Origin: Azolla caroliniana
Taxonomy: Eukaryota; Plantae; Polypodiophyta
DNA: 64,000 bases
NCBI GenBank assembly: GCA_043228905.1
Contig: JBHGNT010000010.1
Location: 1,550,001-1,614,000, forward strand
Direction: 5' to 3'
Part shown: in pieces, positions 12,827 through 25,005 of the stretch
Numbering within the stretch: position 1 is the first letter of the stretch
Layout: the number at the start of each line of letters is the position of its first letter
Position numbers and translations under genes: made by a program
Notes under the pieces: generated by a model
Told to the model about the DNA's origin: nothing
What the model saw: only the letters and a program-made list of their open reading frames with translations
The model's database searches: none

Positions 12827-13462
12827 AGTATTGTGGAGAACTAAAAAAAATTCCCAAAGGGAACTTCAGAGTTTTCTTGTAGATAAGATAGGAATTCCCT
12901 GATTCTATCTTATACAATAAACTTCCGTTAAAAACAGATTAAAACTATCACTTGTGACATGTTACCACAAATATCTTGACATATGGCAATGAAATTCTAG
13001 TCACGTTCTCTAGATGAGCAAATTTTTTATAATCTATGCACTACGTCATGAATCCAATTTCCCTTTATCCGCTTAGATTTCTCTAAATGATTTGTAAATG
13101 TGCATTTGATTCTTGATTTTGGTCAATTGCATTGCATTAGGTAACTAAACAAGAAGGTGGGGAACTATATATCAGTTGTCCGCTTTGCCATTCGAAGTTC
13201 GATTTAAGTGACGGAAGAGTTGTGGAATATTGTCCTAAGGACGGTCCCCTTCAATGGGTTATTGGTACTTTGAAGGAAAAAGGCAAGGCTGAAGCAATGA
13301 AGGTGAATACTTCTTTTCATATATAAGTTTTGGTTTTCTTTAGAGAACCTATCCAATTTTCTTTTGGTTTCATTTCTCTTTTGGAAATGATAGGTTTTCC
13401 CTGCTCGGATCTCCAATTCGGGACGAGTATATGTCCGATTTGCACAAGTACAAGTTCTTTGA
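11645..13462 (+). CDS. Predicted plastid-targeted Rieske-fold protein with a CxxC...CxxC site (202 aa, 5 exons)
   Basis: Exons 11645-11875, 12220-12281, 12404-12488, 13141-13302 and 13394-13462 have GT-AG introns and total 609 nt in frame. A Ser/Arg/Pro-rich N-terminus is followed by WTQVATAEDVQEGKNKAIIYNDKGFVLVKEGTSLYAIEANCSSCKFPIIEGKVTKQEGGELYISCPLCHSKFDLSDGRVVEYCPKDGPLQWVIGTLKEKGKAEAMKVFPARISNSGRVYVRF, which follows the Rieske ferredoxin pattern. Confidence 0.85.
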
Positions 13463-13699
13463 GTTCGCTAAAAGAATGATTGTAACATAATGCAATTTTC
13501 CAATATGTTTGTATAATTTTTTTAAATTTACCAATTAATTGATACCAATGACAAACCATGTGCAACCGTAAACAATTCTAGACTTTGGCCATAGTTGGTT
13601 ACTCTGTCACCAAAATTTCTAACCTTCTCTCGAATTGGGACATTTAAAACTATCAAAGGAAATCACATCTTATTATAGATTATGAAGTGCATTGGCATC

Positions 13700-15400
13700 A
13701 ATGGCCTAATGCTCACCGTCTTGCGAGAACAATAACATGATATCATAATTTGTTTCCTTGGATGATTCAAAAGAGGTCCTTCACAAATGAAGATCAAATT
13801 TGTGAAATCACCCAACCTTCACAATGAATGTATATGCAAATGTGCATATCCTTGAACATGGTGTCATGATAAAGTTGTGTGAGGTTTGCACTACAAACCT
13901 TGTCATTAGGTTCTCATGTTTGTGCACTCAATTCATCACTGGAAGATCTCCCTCAAACAATGTGTTTTGTTGCTCAAGTGTATCCACCAAACCTATGTGT
14001 AATTATAAGGTCTCCATATTATTAAAACACAAGCATAACGTAATTTAGGTGGTACACATCCTTTTGTTTTATGATCATGATTCATAACTACAAAGATTAA
14101 CTCCAAGTGGATAGAATCATAATAACATGACATGATATTTATGTGGAAGCACATTGGAATGATGTCATAGATGGTCTTTATACTACCTTGTTGAACCGCC
14201 TCTCATGGTGCTTGTAGAGAGTATCCATTGGAACCAACCTTTGCCTTGTGTTTGTGCAAGGAACTTGGAAGCATGCATAGGATTGATTGAGGATTGTTGA
14301 CCGTCATAATGACAACACCACAATATGACATCAATTAGTATAAATAAGGCGACCAAATGAAAGAAATATCAAAGGCATGATAATGATATATGTTTGCTGC
14401 CATGAGCATTTGTACAAGCAAAAAACACCAAATGTCCCTTAACATGTTGGATATATACTATAACACCTAAAAGGTTTCAAGAACCATAGTCATAGTAGAA
14501 AAAAATTATTACTACCCTAAGGATGTAAAATCTTGAAAACTCAAAGTATCTTGGCAAGGATTCTTAAGGGACAGAATATTTATTGATTTTTCCCTATATG
14601 CAAAACCTAATTGCATTAGTGGATGTTCTCAACTTGAGAATGGTATCGTCCATGGGTAGAACACTTTGGTTGACAATGTGGAAACTAGGTACAAATTTAC
14701 AAGTTGGGTTTAGGGATGGTGTGTTGAATGATTATCCCAACTTAGTGGATTTGGGAGAAGGTTTGGCTGATGACATGGAAGTTGGTAGCAAGTATAAAAG
14801 TTTTCTTAAAATTGCCAAACACCCTAGTTGTGCATGAAGTTCATGCAAACAATTGATTTTTATGGGTTAACTCCTAGGAGGAAACATGTTCTTAAAATAA
14901 CTCTCCATGAACTTGAGACAAATTTTTGTGAATCCCAACATATATTACACTTGCATTGACCATGGCGTTTACTAGTTTAAAATTGATTCAAATTTCATTG
15001 GATCATAGAAATATTGTTTGGTGAGATTATATATCTCAGAAACTCCACTAGGTTACTAACTTACCATCAAATTTGCACTTATTTATTTTAGCATTAAGGC
15101 CATATTTTCATAATTGGTGAAGAACTTAAAGAACTTGGAGCCAACCTTGCCTTAATGCATGCTATCATAGCAAATGCTACAATAATTATCGTGTCGAATG
15201 CTTCAATTGTAATAGGTTGACCAAACTTTCATATATGTACAATAATTATAAAAACTATAGTGGTAGTATATTATCAATGAAAATCGGAGACAAAGCCACT
15301 ATTAAGCTTTGAGCAAAATTGAACATTGTTAACTTTCATCATAACAATTTCCACCTTAATGACTCACCTTTTGCATAATGGAATTTAGGCATTAGGTGTG
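13700..15400 (-). mobile_element. Heavily decayed retrotransposon gag-like remnant
   Basis: Minus-strand fragments resemble broken CCHC zinc knuckles (HCEGW.., THCLRE.., WCCHYDG..) among many stops. Boundaries are approximate. Confidence 0.3.
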
Positions 15401-16019
15401 TACAGAGAACGAGATTCAATCTTTTGCATTGTTTCTATTTGGCACAAAGTTGATTGCTACTTAAATTGACATATTCTAGATATAATTGGAGGTAAAAGTG
15501 GAAAGGATAACAATAAGTATATTAGCTAGATTAATTTATGTCGCCATATCACACGTACTCGTTTAAAAGAACTTATGAGATCAACTAGGTACATCTTGGA
15601 AAATTGTCACTAATCACATAGAAAGTTGCAATGTAAGTTAATATAATAAAACGTGTTTCACGGCATATACTAAGAAGCAAAAGGCATGAAGTTGACATGT
15701 CCCAAGTGATCCAAATGCCCTTCAAATTAGAAAGATAGAGACACTTTTTCCACGAGCTTATGGTACTCACTACCCGCTTTGAGAGTAGTCCCGCGAGAGA
15801 CTTTAATAGATGGGACAACAAACTACACCATTCATGTTAGAGACTACTGAACTACCTATTGGAATGAATCCTCGCAAAAACACCAAATATATCTCCAAGC
15901 TCAAATAAAATAAATTTACAATGCGACAGTCATCAACAGGTAGCTCAATGCTCACCGACAAAACAGGTTGATTTTCTATTATTTGGGAAGAAACACAGGA
16001 ATATTTTAGTGGGTGTTTA

Positions 16020-16290
16020 TAGAGATACCCCCATGTTATAAAGAAAATTACCATATGATACTCTTACGTTATAAAAAACAAACAGATACCCCTATGCTAG
16101 AAAATAATGGCATAAAGAACCATACATTAGCCTAGATTACAAAAACAAAACTACTGGATATCCCTACGTTGTAAAAAAAAAACTAGATGATTCCCATACA
16201 TTATACAAAACTACCACATACCCCCACATTATATGTGACTTCCACATACTCAAACATTATAAAAAAGTACGAATTTCCCCTAAGTATATA
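16020..16290. repeat. Degenerate ~30-bp tandem repeat
   Basis: Recurring ATACCCC(C/T)A(T/C)GTTATAAAAAA..ACTAC(C/T)A-like units. Confidence 0.6.
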
Positions 16291-18534
16291 AGCTTAAAAG
16301 AAAAAGCAAATATGGGAGAGAAAACAAACCCTTTTTTAAGGTACAAAAAAGTCATTTGTGAGTGTGAATGGTGTAGGATCTAAATACTCAAAGGGATTAC
16401 CCCCCCATTGAGGTATACTATCGAGGTGCCCTTATAGCATCAAAGAATAAGAAGAAAGTGGAAGAGAGAACACACCCCACACCCACGACAATAGGTTAGG
16501 TAAATATACCGATGGTAGTTTTTCTTTGTCCTCTATTGTTTTTATTGGTCAACACATCACTACATTATGCTAAAAACAGGAACAGAAAAGAAGAAAGAGG
16601 GTACACACACCCCACAAACGTTGTCCAGAAGGTACAACAATGGGTTGGTGGACAACGGACAACTAGGAAGCAAATGGATAGGCGAGCAAGCAATGGGCAA
16701 TATCATAGAAAGCGGGTAAGTGGACGACGGACAAATCAGACGGGGGGGGGGGGGGGGGGGGGGACGATAGACAAGCCGGACAAAACGGATGAACACGTAG
16801 AGGGAGCTATTGTAATTTGTATGTATTATGTATGGGAAAGATGAGCCCGTGATCGTGCACACGCACCTGTGTGGTCGGATTTTATTTTTGTGTTTGTGTT
16901 TGTGTGTGTTAACGAGTTTGTGTTGTTCATTCTTTAGGGGTAGAGTATGAAGAAGAGATGATTTCTTTGCTATGGGACAAAGGAGGCTATTTCTGTAAAT
17001 TCCTATAACTACTCGTTTTCTTTTGTTTGGCCTGCCTCAGCCTGCCTTTCTTTGAAAGAGGCCATTTTTGTAAATGCTTTCTGTCTGTACATAATACATA
17101 CTGTATATATGTATAAATGTACGTATTGATGTATGTATACAGGAGGCTATTTCTGTAAATTTCTATAACTACTCGTTTTTCTTTTGTTTCGCCTGCCTGT
17201 GCCTTTCTTTCTTTCTTTCTGTATGTCTGTATATACATACACCTCTCCAGTTTATCTTCTTCTTCTTCTTCTTCTTCTTCCTCCTCTTTTGCTGTTGTTG
17301 GCTCGTCTTCTGCTTCAGCTCCAACCCTAGACGACGACGACGACGACGACGAAGAAGAACAACTCTCACAGCAGTGTTTTCTCTTCTTCTTCTTCTTCTG
17401 TTCTCTCCGCAGATCTCTCTCTCTCTACATTCTCTCTCCCTCTCCGAAAGAACAACAAGGTATGTATGTATATCCTTCTTCTTCTTCTTCGCCTTCTTCT
17501 TCTTGCTTTTCTCCGCTGTTTTACCCGCATCTTTCTCTATTCGATTTGTGGAAAACAAATCTTTCCTCTCAGTCGGTCTTTATTACTGAAAAATGCCCCC
17601 CCTATTTCACAAGGTATGCATGTCCTCTTCTTCCTCTTACTAAACAACGAAGTTTACCTTATAGGCTGTTTGTATTCAGTCAAAATGCCTACCTTCTCCC
17701 TTATTTGTTTTCCGAGAACAACAAAGTGCGAACATATTCTCCCTCTTCCTCTACTCGCCGATGTTTTTTGTCGCATCTATATTCAAATTTTGAAGACAAT
17801 CTGTCATTTCAATCCGTTTTTGTTGTTAAAATTCCTTCTTTTTTGCTTAATTAATTTGTATGAACCACAAAGTATAGATATGTTCTTCTTCTTCTTCTTC
17901 TTCACTGTTTGGCAAGAGCAACAAAGGATGAAAATCTTCTTCCCATCCTACTAATCCCGGATGTTTTTATTGTATTTCTCCTCAAATTGTGAATACACAT
18001 CTCTCTTTCGAATCAGGTTTTCATCATGTTAATACCTTCTTTTCCCCTGATTGGCCGTCTCTGTCTTTTTCTTCCGCTTACTGACCTCTGATGTTTTTTC
18101 CTACATTTATGTTTGATTTTTTAAAAACAAATCCGTCCTTTTGATTGGTTTTTATTCATGAAAATGACTTCTATTTCCTAACAAGGTTCGGATATCTTAT
18201 TGGTTCTTTTATGTTTTGCAAGAATAACAATTTATGGATAATTTCTTCTTCTTGCACGTTTCAGATGTTTCTCTCGTATCTACATTTGATCAATAAAAAC
18301 TATCTCCGTCAAATCTGTTTTTTTTCATGGAAATGTCGTCTTTTTTCCCTCGTACTATATTTGAGTAGTAAAAACTATCTCCTTTGAATCGGTTTTTATT
18401 CATGCAAAAACAGCAAAGTATTGTATCCTCCTCTTCTTCGTACTAATATCCGTTGTCTTCTTTTTTCTATTTCTTTTTGTAGAAATGTTTTCTTATCAAT
18501 CTGTTTTATTTACGAAATACATCTTCTTTTCCCC

Positions 18535-19004
18535 CTTTTTGATTTCCAGGAACAACAAAGTACGAACATATTCTTCTTCTTCCAACCAACCTCTATTTTA
18601 TGTTTATGTATATGTCTCCAACTGTCAACAAAATTCTCTCTGAATCAGTTTTTTTTCTTTATGTTGTTTTTAATTATGAATTTGCTCCTTGAACGGTGTG
18701 TAAGGAGTTTCTCCTTGACGTTTAAATAAATGAATGAATGGAAGAGTAAAAGAAAGAGTGAGTCTGATTCTTTTTGATTTCCAGGAACAACAAAGTACGA
18801 ACATATTCTTCTTCTTCCAACCAACCTCTATTTTATGTTTATGTATATGTCTCCAACTGTCAACAAAATTCTCTCTGAATCAGTTTTTTTTCTTTATGTT
18901 GTTTTCAATTATGAATTTGCTCCTTGAACGGTGTGTAAGGAGTTTCTCCTTGACGTTTAAATAAATGAATGAATGGAAGAGTAAAAGAAAGAGTGAGTCT
19001 GATT
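18535..19004. repeat. Near-perfect 235-bp tandem duplication in the 5'UTR intron of the TIGR01589 gene
   Basis: 18535-18769 is repeated at 18770-19004; one substitution seen (TTTTAATT vs TTTCAATT). Confidence 0.95.
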
Positions 19005-19632
19005 ATTTGTGACAGAAATGTCACAAAGGACTGCAAATCATTTTGATATTCTTAACCAAATATTTCTTGTAGCAAGTTTTCAACCAAGCCTTATGCTGGA
19101 AGATAAATATCACTATATGAAACTTATAAAGTTTAAGAATCCATATCCAAAGCTTTAGAACATCAAGTTTGTACTTATTTTGGCTTGTGCTCGGAAGCAA
19201 ACTCTCAACTGCGGAGGTATTGAGTTATAATGTATAGAACTTGAGGCATAAAGGTTAGAAATTCATATGCAAGACTTTCAAACACCTTGTTTTCTACTAT
19301 GTATTTCTCCGATATTTTTGAGTCATCTAATGTTTTCATAGCCCCAATTGTTGTTTTTAGTTGTTCTTCTCTTAGTATTTCTCTCATACTTTCCCTGCTC
19401 GGTAGATTATCCTTTAATTGATACGATTATCCTTTTGTTGCTTTCCCTAGTATCAAAGCTATTAGGCTTGTGTTTTTTATGTTGACATTTTTTTGACTCT
19501 CCTCTGTATTTGTTTCTTCACTTATTCTCATATTTGTGATTCAGTGTAGGGTATGTTCCATGTGAATTTTGAAGTTTATGAATATTTCTGTGTGTACACA
19601 GGGTTTTGGCTTTTGCAAAGCTAAGGGATTTT

Positions 19633-19692
19633 ATGAAGCCCATTATCCAATATTCCGCTGCTATGCATGCTATACTAATGACTTATCATTGA
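19633..19692 (+). promoter_or_regulatory. Upstream ORF (MKPIIQYSAAMHAILMTYH*) ending 4 nt before the main ATG
   Basis: ATG 19633 to TGA 19692, inside the predicted exon after the acceptor ACACAG near 19601. Confidence 0.5.
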
Positions 19693-19696
19693 AACA

Positions 19697-22600
19697 ATGC
19701 CAAAGCTCGAGGCCAAGGTATCAATCACATCTCCATTTGAATCTGTTACAGATGTATAGCTTTTAGGAAATTGATGTGTTGCTGCTGGTCTTAAAGTTTT
19801 TTGAAAGAATGTGAAGATTCAGAACTCCTGTCTTAATACCTAGGTTGCTCTATTGTTTAGCAAAAAGTTTCACGAAACTGTAACGAATATATATAACACA
19901 AGAACAAAAGCTGAAAAGCTTCAAGGGTGATGATTAACATCTCTTTGATAATAACAAGCCCAAATATCAAAGAATTAAAAGTACTATGAAGAAAAGAGTA
20001 TTGAGTTTGGACGGTTTGACACAATACTCAGATTAGCTGTGATGCTCGGCATCCCCTTATGTATGTCTGTAGTAATCCATTGAGAATCAAGCCAAACAAA
20101 TATAGAGTGTTTCAGTGAGCACAACACAAATTCAGGGTAACACTAACCTGCAGGAGTGTCCCTACAGACCTCTGTTTCATAAATTCTGGGTAACACTAAA
20201 TTCCTGCTGAGAACCCCTAATTTCATAAATTTTTAATTCCAAATGTGTAAAAAGCTGTCCAGGAATCCCTTATTTCTGATCCACAAACCACAGATTATAA
20301 ACCATAATGTGTAACAAAAGACGTGAAGGTTGAAGTCAGAAGATTCTGAAGAAGACGCAGAGAGTTATAACAGATGGGAAAATTTTGGAAACATGAGCAC
20401 TCTATTTTTTGTTATATTTTTCATCCCACATGTGTAACGGATCTTTTTTCTTCATCTTTACAGATGATTAAGCAAATATAGGCATTTTTGTTTGGGTCAT
20501 ACCTTTCCAAAAATACATAACTTGTTCTCCTGAAAATACTTTCTGTGACATACACCTAGTATTATGTGCATGTGATAGAAACTATTGCTATAGGAAACTT
20601 TTTAAGCATCTTACACAGATGAATCCACGTATTGTTGCACATTTCTGGAATCTTTGTTGGATTATATGCGTGACCAAAGAAAATCCGAAGTGTGAAATTC
20701 AGAATTAAAATGGGATATCACGAAATATATCATCTCCCTGGTGATTTCCCTACTATTTTTTCTAAAATTACTTGAAAATGATGTGAATACTGGAGAGGAA
20801 TTTTGTTCCTGTAATCTGTATGCGACAAAATTTCAAGACGATCAGTCTGGCATAGATGGTGCATAGATTTGCCAATATAGATCTTACTTCTTATTAATAT
20901 TATTTATATTCTTCTTATTTCATCCCCATCTATCTGTGTCTCGGAAAATATGGGGTAAACGTTATTTGAAAGCTCTCTTTAAGGCTAATCCAAAAGGTGA
21001 AAGTTCAGGGAACATATTTCATTCTGGATACTGTCTGCCCTCACATCTGTGGCATTTTGTATTTTTGAACACTTTTTTTGAAATTCATTAGTAGAATTTT
21101 TGTTGCAGCATTGTATTTGAGCATATAGCAGAAAGTTTTCTGTCTGCCATCTAGAGATTCTGATCGAGAGATTCTTGACAAACTACATATGGCTTGCGTT
21201 ATTCACTCAAAATTCATTCTCTGGCTTAGATCATTTATCTCAAAACATATTTATGAATGTATACTTAATTACATTTGAGAGTTCTAGCAATTGTTTTTAG
21301 TTACCAGTATGTGCTCTTTAACAAAGATAAGTATTATACACACCAGATATTTATATCTTTTAATGTGTCTGCATCTGCTTTATCTTGTTATTGTCTACTG
21401 TTGCTCCGTTGCTGTATTTCTTTTCTATTTTGCATTCCTCTAATGTGAACTCAATGTGACAGTCTCCAAGCCTCTCGTCTGGTGCCACACCATCACCACG
21501 ACAACAGCTACAACCGAAGCAATCAACTCAGCAGCAAACTCATTCTATGCAACCAAGCACACAACAGCAGAATTTGCAACAGCATACCCAACCTTCAAGC
21601 CATACCACAAGCAATGTTCCTGGTCAGACCACAAGTGGAGAAGGACGGAAAATCTCCTGTGAAGACATTCAGTTGGTAAAATGCTTGTGCAGATAACTCT
21701 TTTCAACATGTGAACATTCAAATAGTTTGCTAATATGAGGAATGGTATTAACCAATCAGGTACAGAACCTAATTGAACGATGCCTTCAATTGTACATGAA
21801 TAAGACAGAAGTCATCAATACACTTTTCCAGCAAGCTAATATTGAGCCTGGATTTACTGGTCTTGGTAAGCTGTTATTTTGATATGAAAGAGTTTTCACA
21901 TTTAGGTTAACCTTTGTTTAGCGTGGCAAAACTACCTTTCACAGTATGGCAAAAATTGGAAGAACAAAACCCTGATTTCTTCAAAGCATATTATGTCCGA
22001 TTGAAGCTCAAACGGCAAATCATGTTGTTCAACCATTTCCTGGAGCAGCATGCACAACTCACTCAGAAAGCACATACAGTGAAATCTTCATTACCAGTAC
22101 TGCAAAATGGCTTACATCCACCAGCTGGTGATTGATTTGTATCATTTAGTTGAAATTGTTAAAAGATATGTTCAAACATCCGTTTATGTAGCTCAAATTG
22201 TTGAAATTTATACAGTAGTGCACATGCCAATTGGATACCCAGTTCCACAGCAGCCGCCAACTCATCCACATTATGTACCACTGCCAGTGCCATCGCCAAC
22301 GCCTCCTGTGATTGGAGGTGCCCCTGTTGCCGATGGGTTTGTGGTCTCCCATGAAAGTCATGGATCAAAGTGAGTGCAGGATAATATTTATGGAAAAACT
22401 CCCAAGTACCATCACTAAATTATTCTATTTCCCCGTATGCCCTTAAGTTTTCATTATATATTGAAATTGCCATTGGTTAACCCCCCGATAAATTTTATAT
22501 ATTGCTATTTGGTAATTAAATGGTCATTCATTTCCCCAAACACTCCTATGTTTTTGATATATCAGTGTTCTTTCCCAATATTTATTTATCCTTGAGACCC

Positions 22601-23308
22601 TGTTGTATATTTATTTATTTATTTTGTTTTTTTCCATCGTATAGCAATTTGAATCCAAATATGTCTTTGATATCATCAAATTCAAGCATGCCCTTGAATG
22701 GAGATTCTGGCAGTGTTCCAAATGCAGTATTACAAGGAAGCACATCATTCCCGTTTTCTGGTGTGGGAAATCCAACCGACATGTCAGGAATGGTGATGGA
22801 TGTTCCGGCAAATTTTCCCTCAGATGCTTCGTTTCATTCTACTGAAAATCACACACAAAATGGTATGGGAAGCTTACAAATCACCTCGGACACAGATACA
22901 GGTGGCGGAAGAGAAGCAATAGGTCTTTTAAGCCACTTGCCTAGGAATTTTAGTTTATCAGACCTAACAGCAGAGTTATCTAGTAGTACAGGTAATTTAA
23001 AACTCATCATATATGTGATACATTTTTGGTCAGTGATTCAGTGTTTGGGTATATTTTGATCTTTGTCCTTAGATATCCTTGGAAGCTACATTGGCTCTCC
23101 ATTTCTGGCTCCAGATCCAGACGCCTTCATTCGGTCTTCTGGTAAGGATTGAAGGACGGATCATCTTTCATGAAATTGGCATATATAGAATTTATACTTC
23201 CATGCTTAGTTCTGAAAATTAGCTTTTATGCTTCCAGATGATGAGAAAATGCTTGACCAAATTGGAGATCCATCTGCTTATGATGATTTTGGGGATGAGA
23301 AAGCATGA
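19697..23308 (+). CDS. Plant TIGR01589 / A_thal_3526 family protein (multi-exon)
   Basis: Exons 19697-19717 (MPKLEAK), 21463-21675 (Q-rich, ...RKISCEDIQL), 21760-21865 and 21945 onward give VQNLIERCLQLYMNKTEVINTLFQQANIEPGFTGLVWQKLEEQNPDFFKAYYVRLKLKRQI. C-terminal LPRNFSLSDLTAEL; stop TGA at 23306-23308. A non-coding first exon probably ends at donor AAG|GTATGT near 17459. Confidence 0.88.
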
Positions 23309-25005
23309 TATTGTTTTAGCCTTTGTTTTTAAAGCTTTTGATTGTTTCAGAGAACAAGCTGTGCAGTTGAAGCAAAAAATGAGCTGTATATATGTATTTG
23401 TAGTGTCAACTTTGTTTAGAGCAAATTAACTTCTGTTGTAGAATTATACAATAATTGAGCTGTGGGAGGAAATTATGTTCCAACATCGGGAGATTTACTA
23501 ATATAGGATTGGTATAAATTGAGCTGCACAACGAATTATGTGCTCTTTGAACAGTACTAGGGAATTTGTTGTAAATGAGCTAATGAGCTCTTTGTATTAA
23601 CTGAGAGCAGCAAAAAAAAAGCATGATTCAACATAGGGATGTTAATAAATTTTATCTACGGGGTACTGCAGAATTTTGACCTATGTACTGCTTTGTGTAA
23701 ATGTGCGGTCATTAAAACAAATGCAGGCTCTGCATATCAATAAAAATCTACTTTCTGTTTAACAAATGTATAAATAGTGTTGTCAGACCAACACTTTGGG
23801 CGAAAATATTGTGTAATTCAGAATCAAAATGGCATCATATTCTAGTGTCTTGTCATCCAAGCACTGTTTTGATAAAGGTGACTGTAGATTGCGTCATTGT
23901 CTTTAGATTTATAGTGTATCTTATACGTTTTGATATTTGCATCAAGAAGGATTGTCATCAATCAAAGAATATTTCTATATTAAAATCCGCAATAGACATG
24001 TGAACACATCACTGCTAGAAAGGGGTTCAAAGATATGTAATGATGGTTATGAAACATTTTCATGTGTTTTAAAATTTAAATATTCTTAGGATTAAGATTT
24101 GGATTAGGGTTAATGATGGTGAATTAATCCCTAATCACTAAGCCATTAAAGGAATCAGAATGCGAATGGTGAAAAAACTAGTTGACACAAAGGAAATGTT
24201 ACAGACCAGGTCATCTGTGAAATGTTGGTGCCTCCCCTAATTGCAGACCTTCGAAATTCCATTATGCATAAAAACCTTTGTAATACCATTGATACAACAC
24301 AAAACTCTATTATTATATTGTCATCCATGTTTCTTGCTAAGTTAATTAGACTAGCTTATAGACCATAGAAACACCCTTAATGCAAAAGGAGATGGTATGC
24401 TGGAGTAAATAGCATATGCTATCAACAGAAAACTAAGATCGCTATCATATCACCAGGCTACCTAGCAATCCTTAGTGCTTGATCAACAAAACTATACTTT
24501 TGTAAAATCAGCCTTACCATATAATTTCACGAGTTCCCTATTTATCAACTTCCATGACAATTGGCCAGTTTAGATGTCAATTCGTACCAAACAGCACTAA
24601 AACCAAATAGCAGTATCTAATGACACCTAATTAATTGAAATACAATCATTCCTGAGCACATTTGAGCGCACATACACAACCCTTGCAGTTCATTTCCCTC
24701 ATTAAAACTTGGTCTTCACATACTGTGTACCATAATGTGCCCAAAAAAAAGACTCAGTTTGTTGACTTTTTTCACAAGATATTTGTGAATTGTGTATATA
24801 CCATAACTGTCTCCGCTGTTCTATATACCACACAAAAGTGGTCCAATTAATCTCTGCTGATCTTGTCAGCGAGTAATAAACATTGTCCCTATTAATGCAT
24901 TGTTTGCTCCTGACAAGATGTTGCTACAAAATTGAGGAAAAATGATGATTCTTCCTTTTGGTAGCAAATTGATCTTTTGACTTTAGCAACCAGTCATTAG
25001 TGGAT

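Noticed and set aside
16987-18964. Many overlapping 70-160 aa ORFs, including a duplicated peptide
   Set aside because: Low-complexity leader/intron sequence and a 235-bp duplication; no domain signal.
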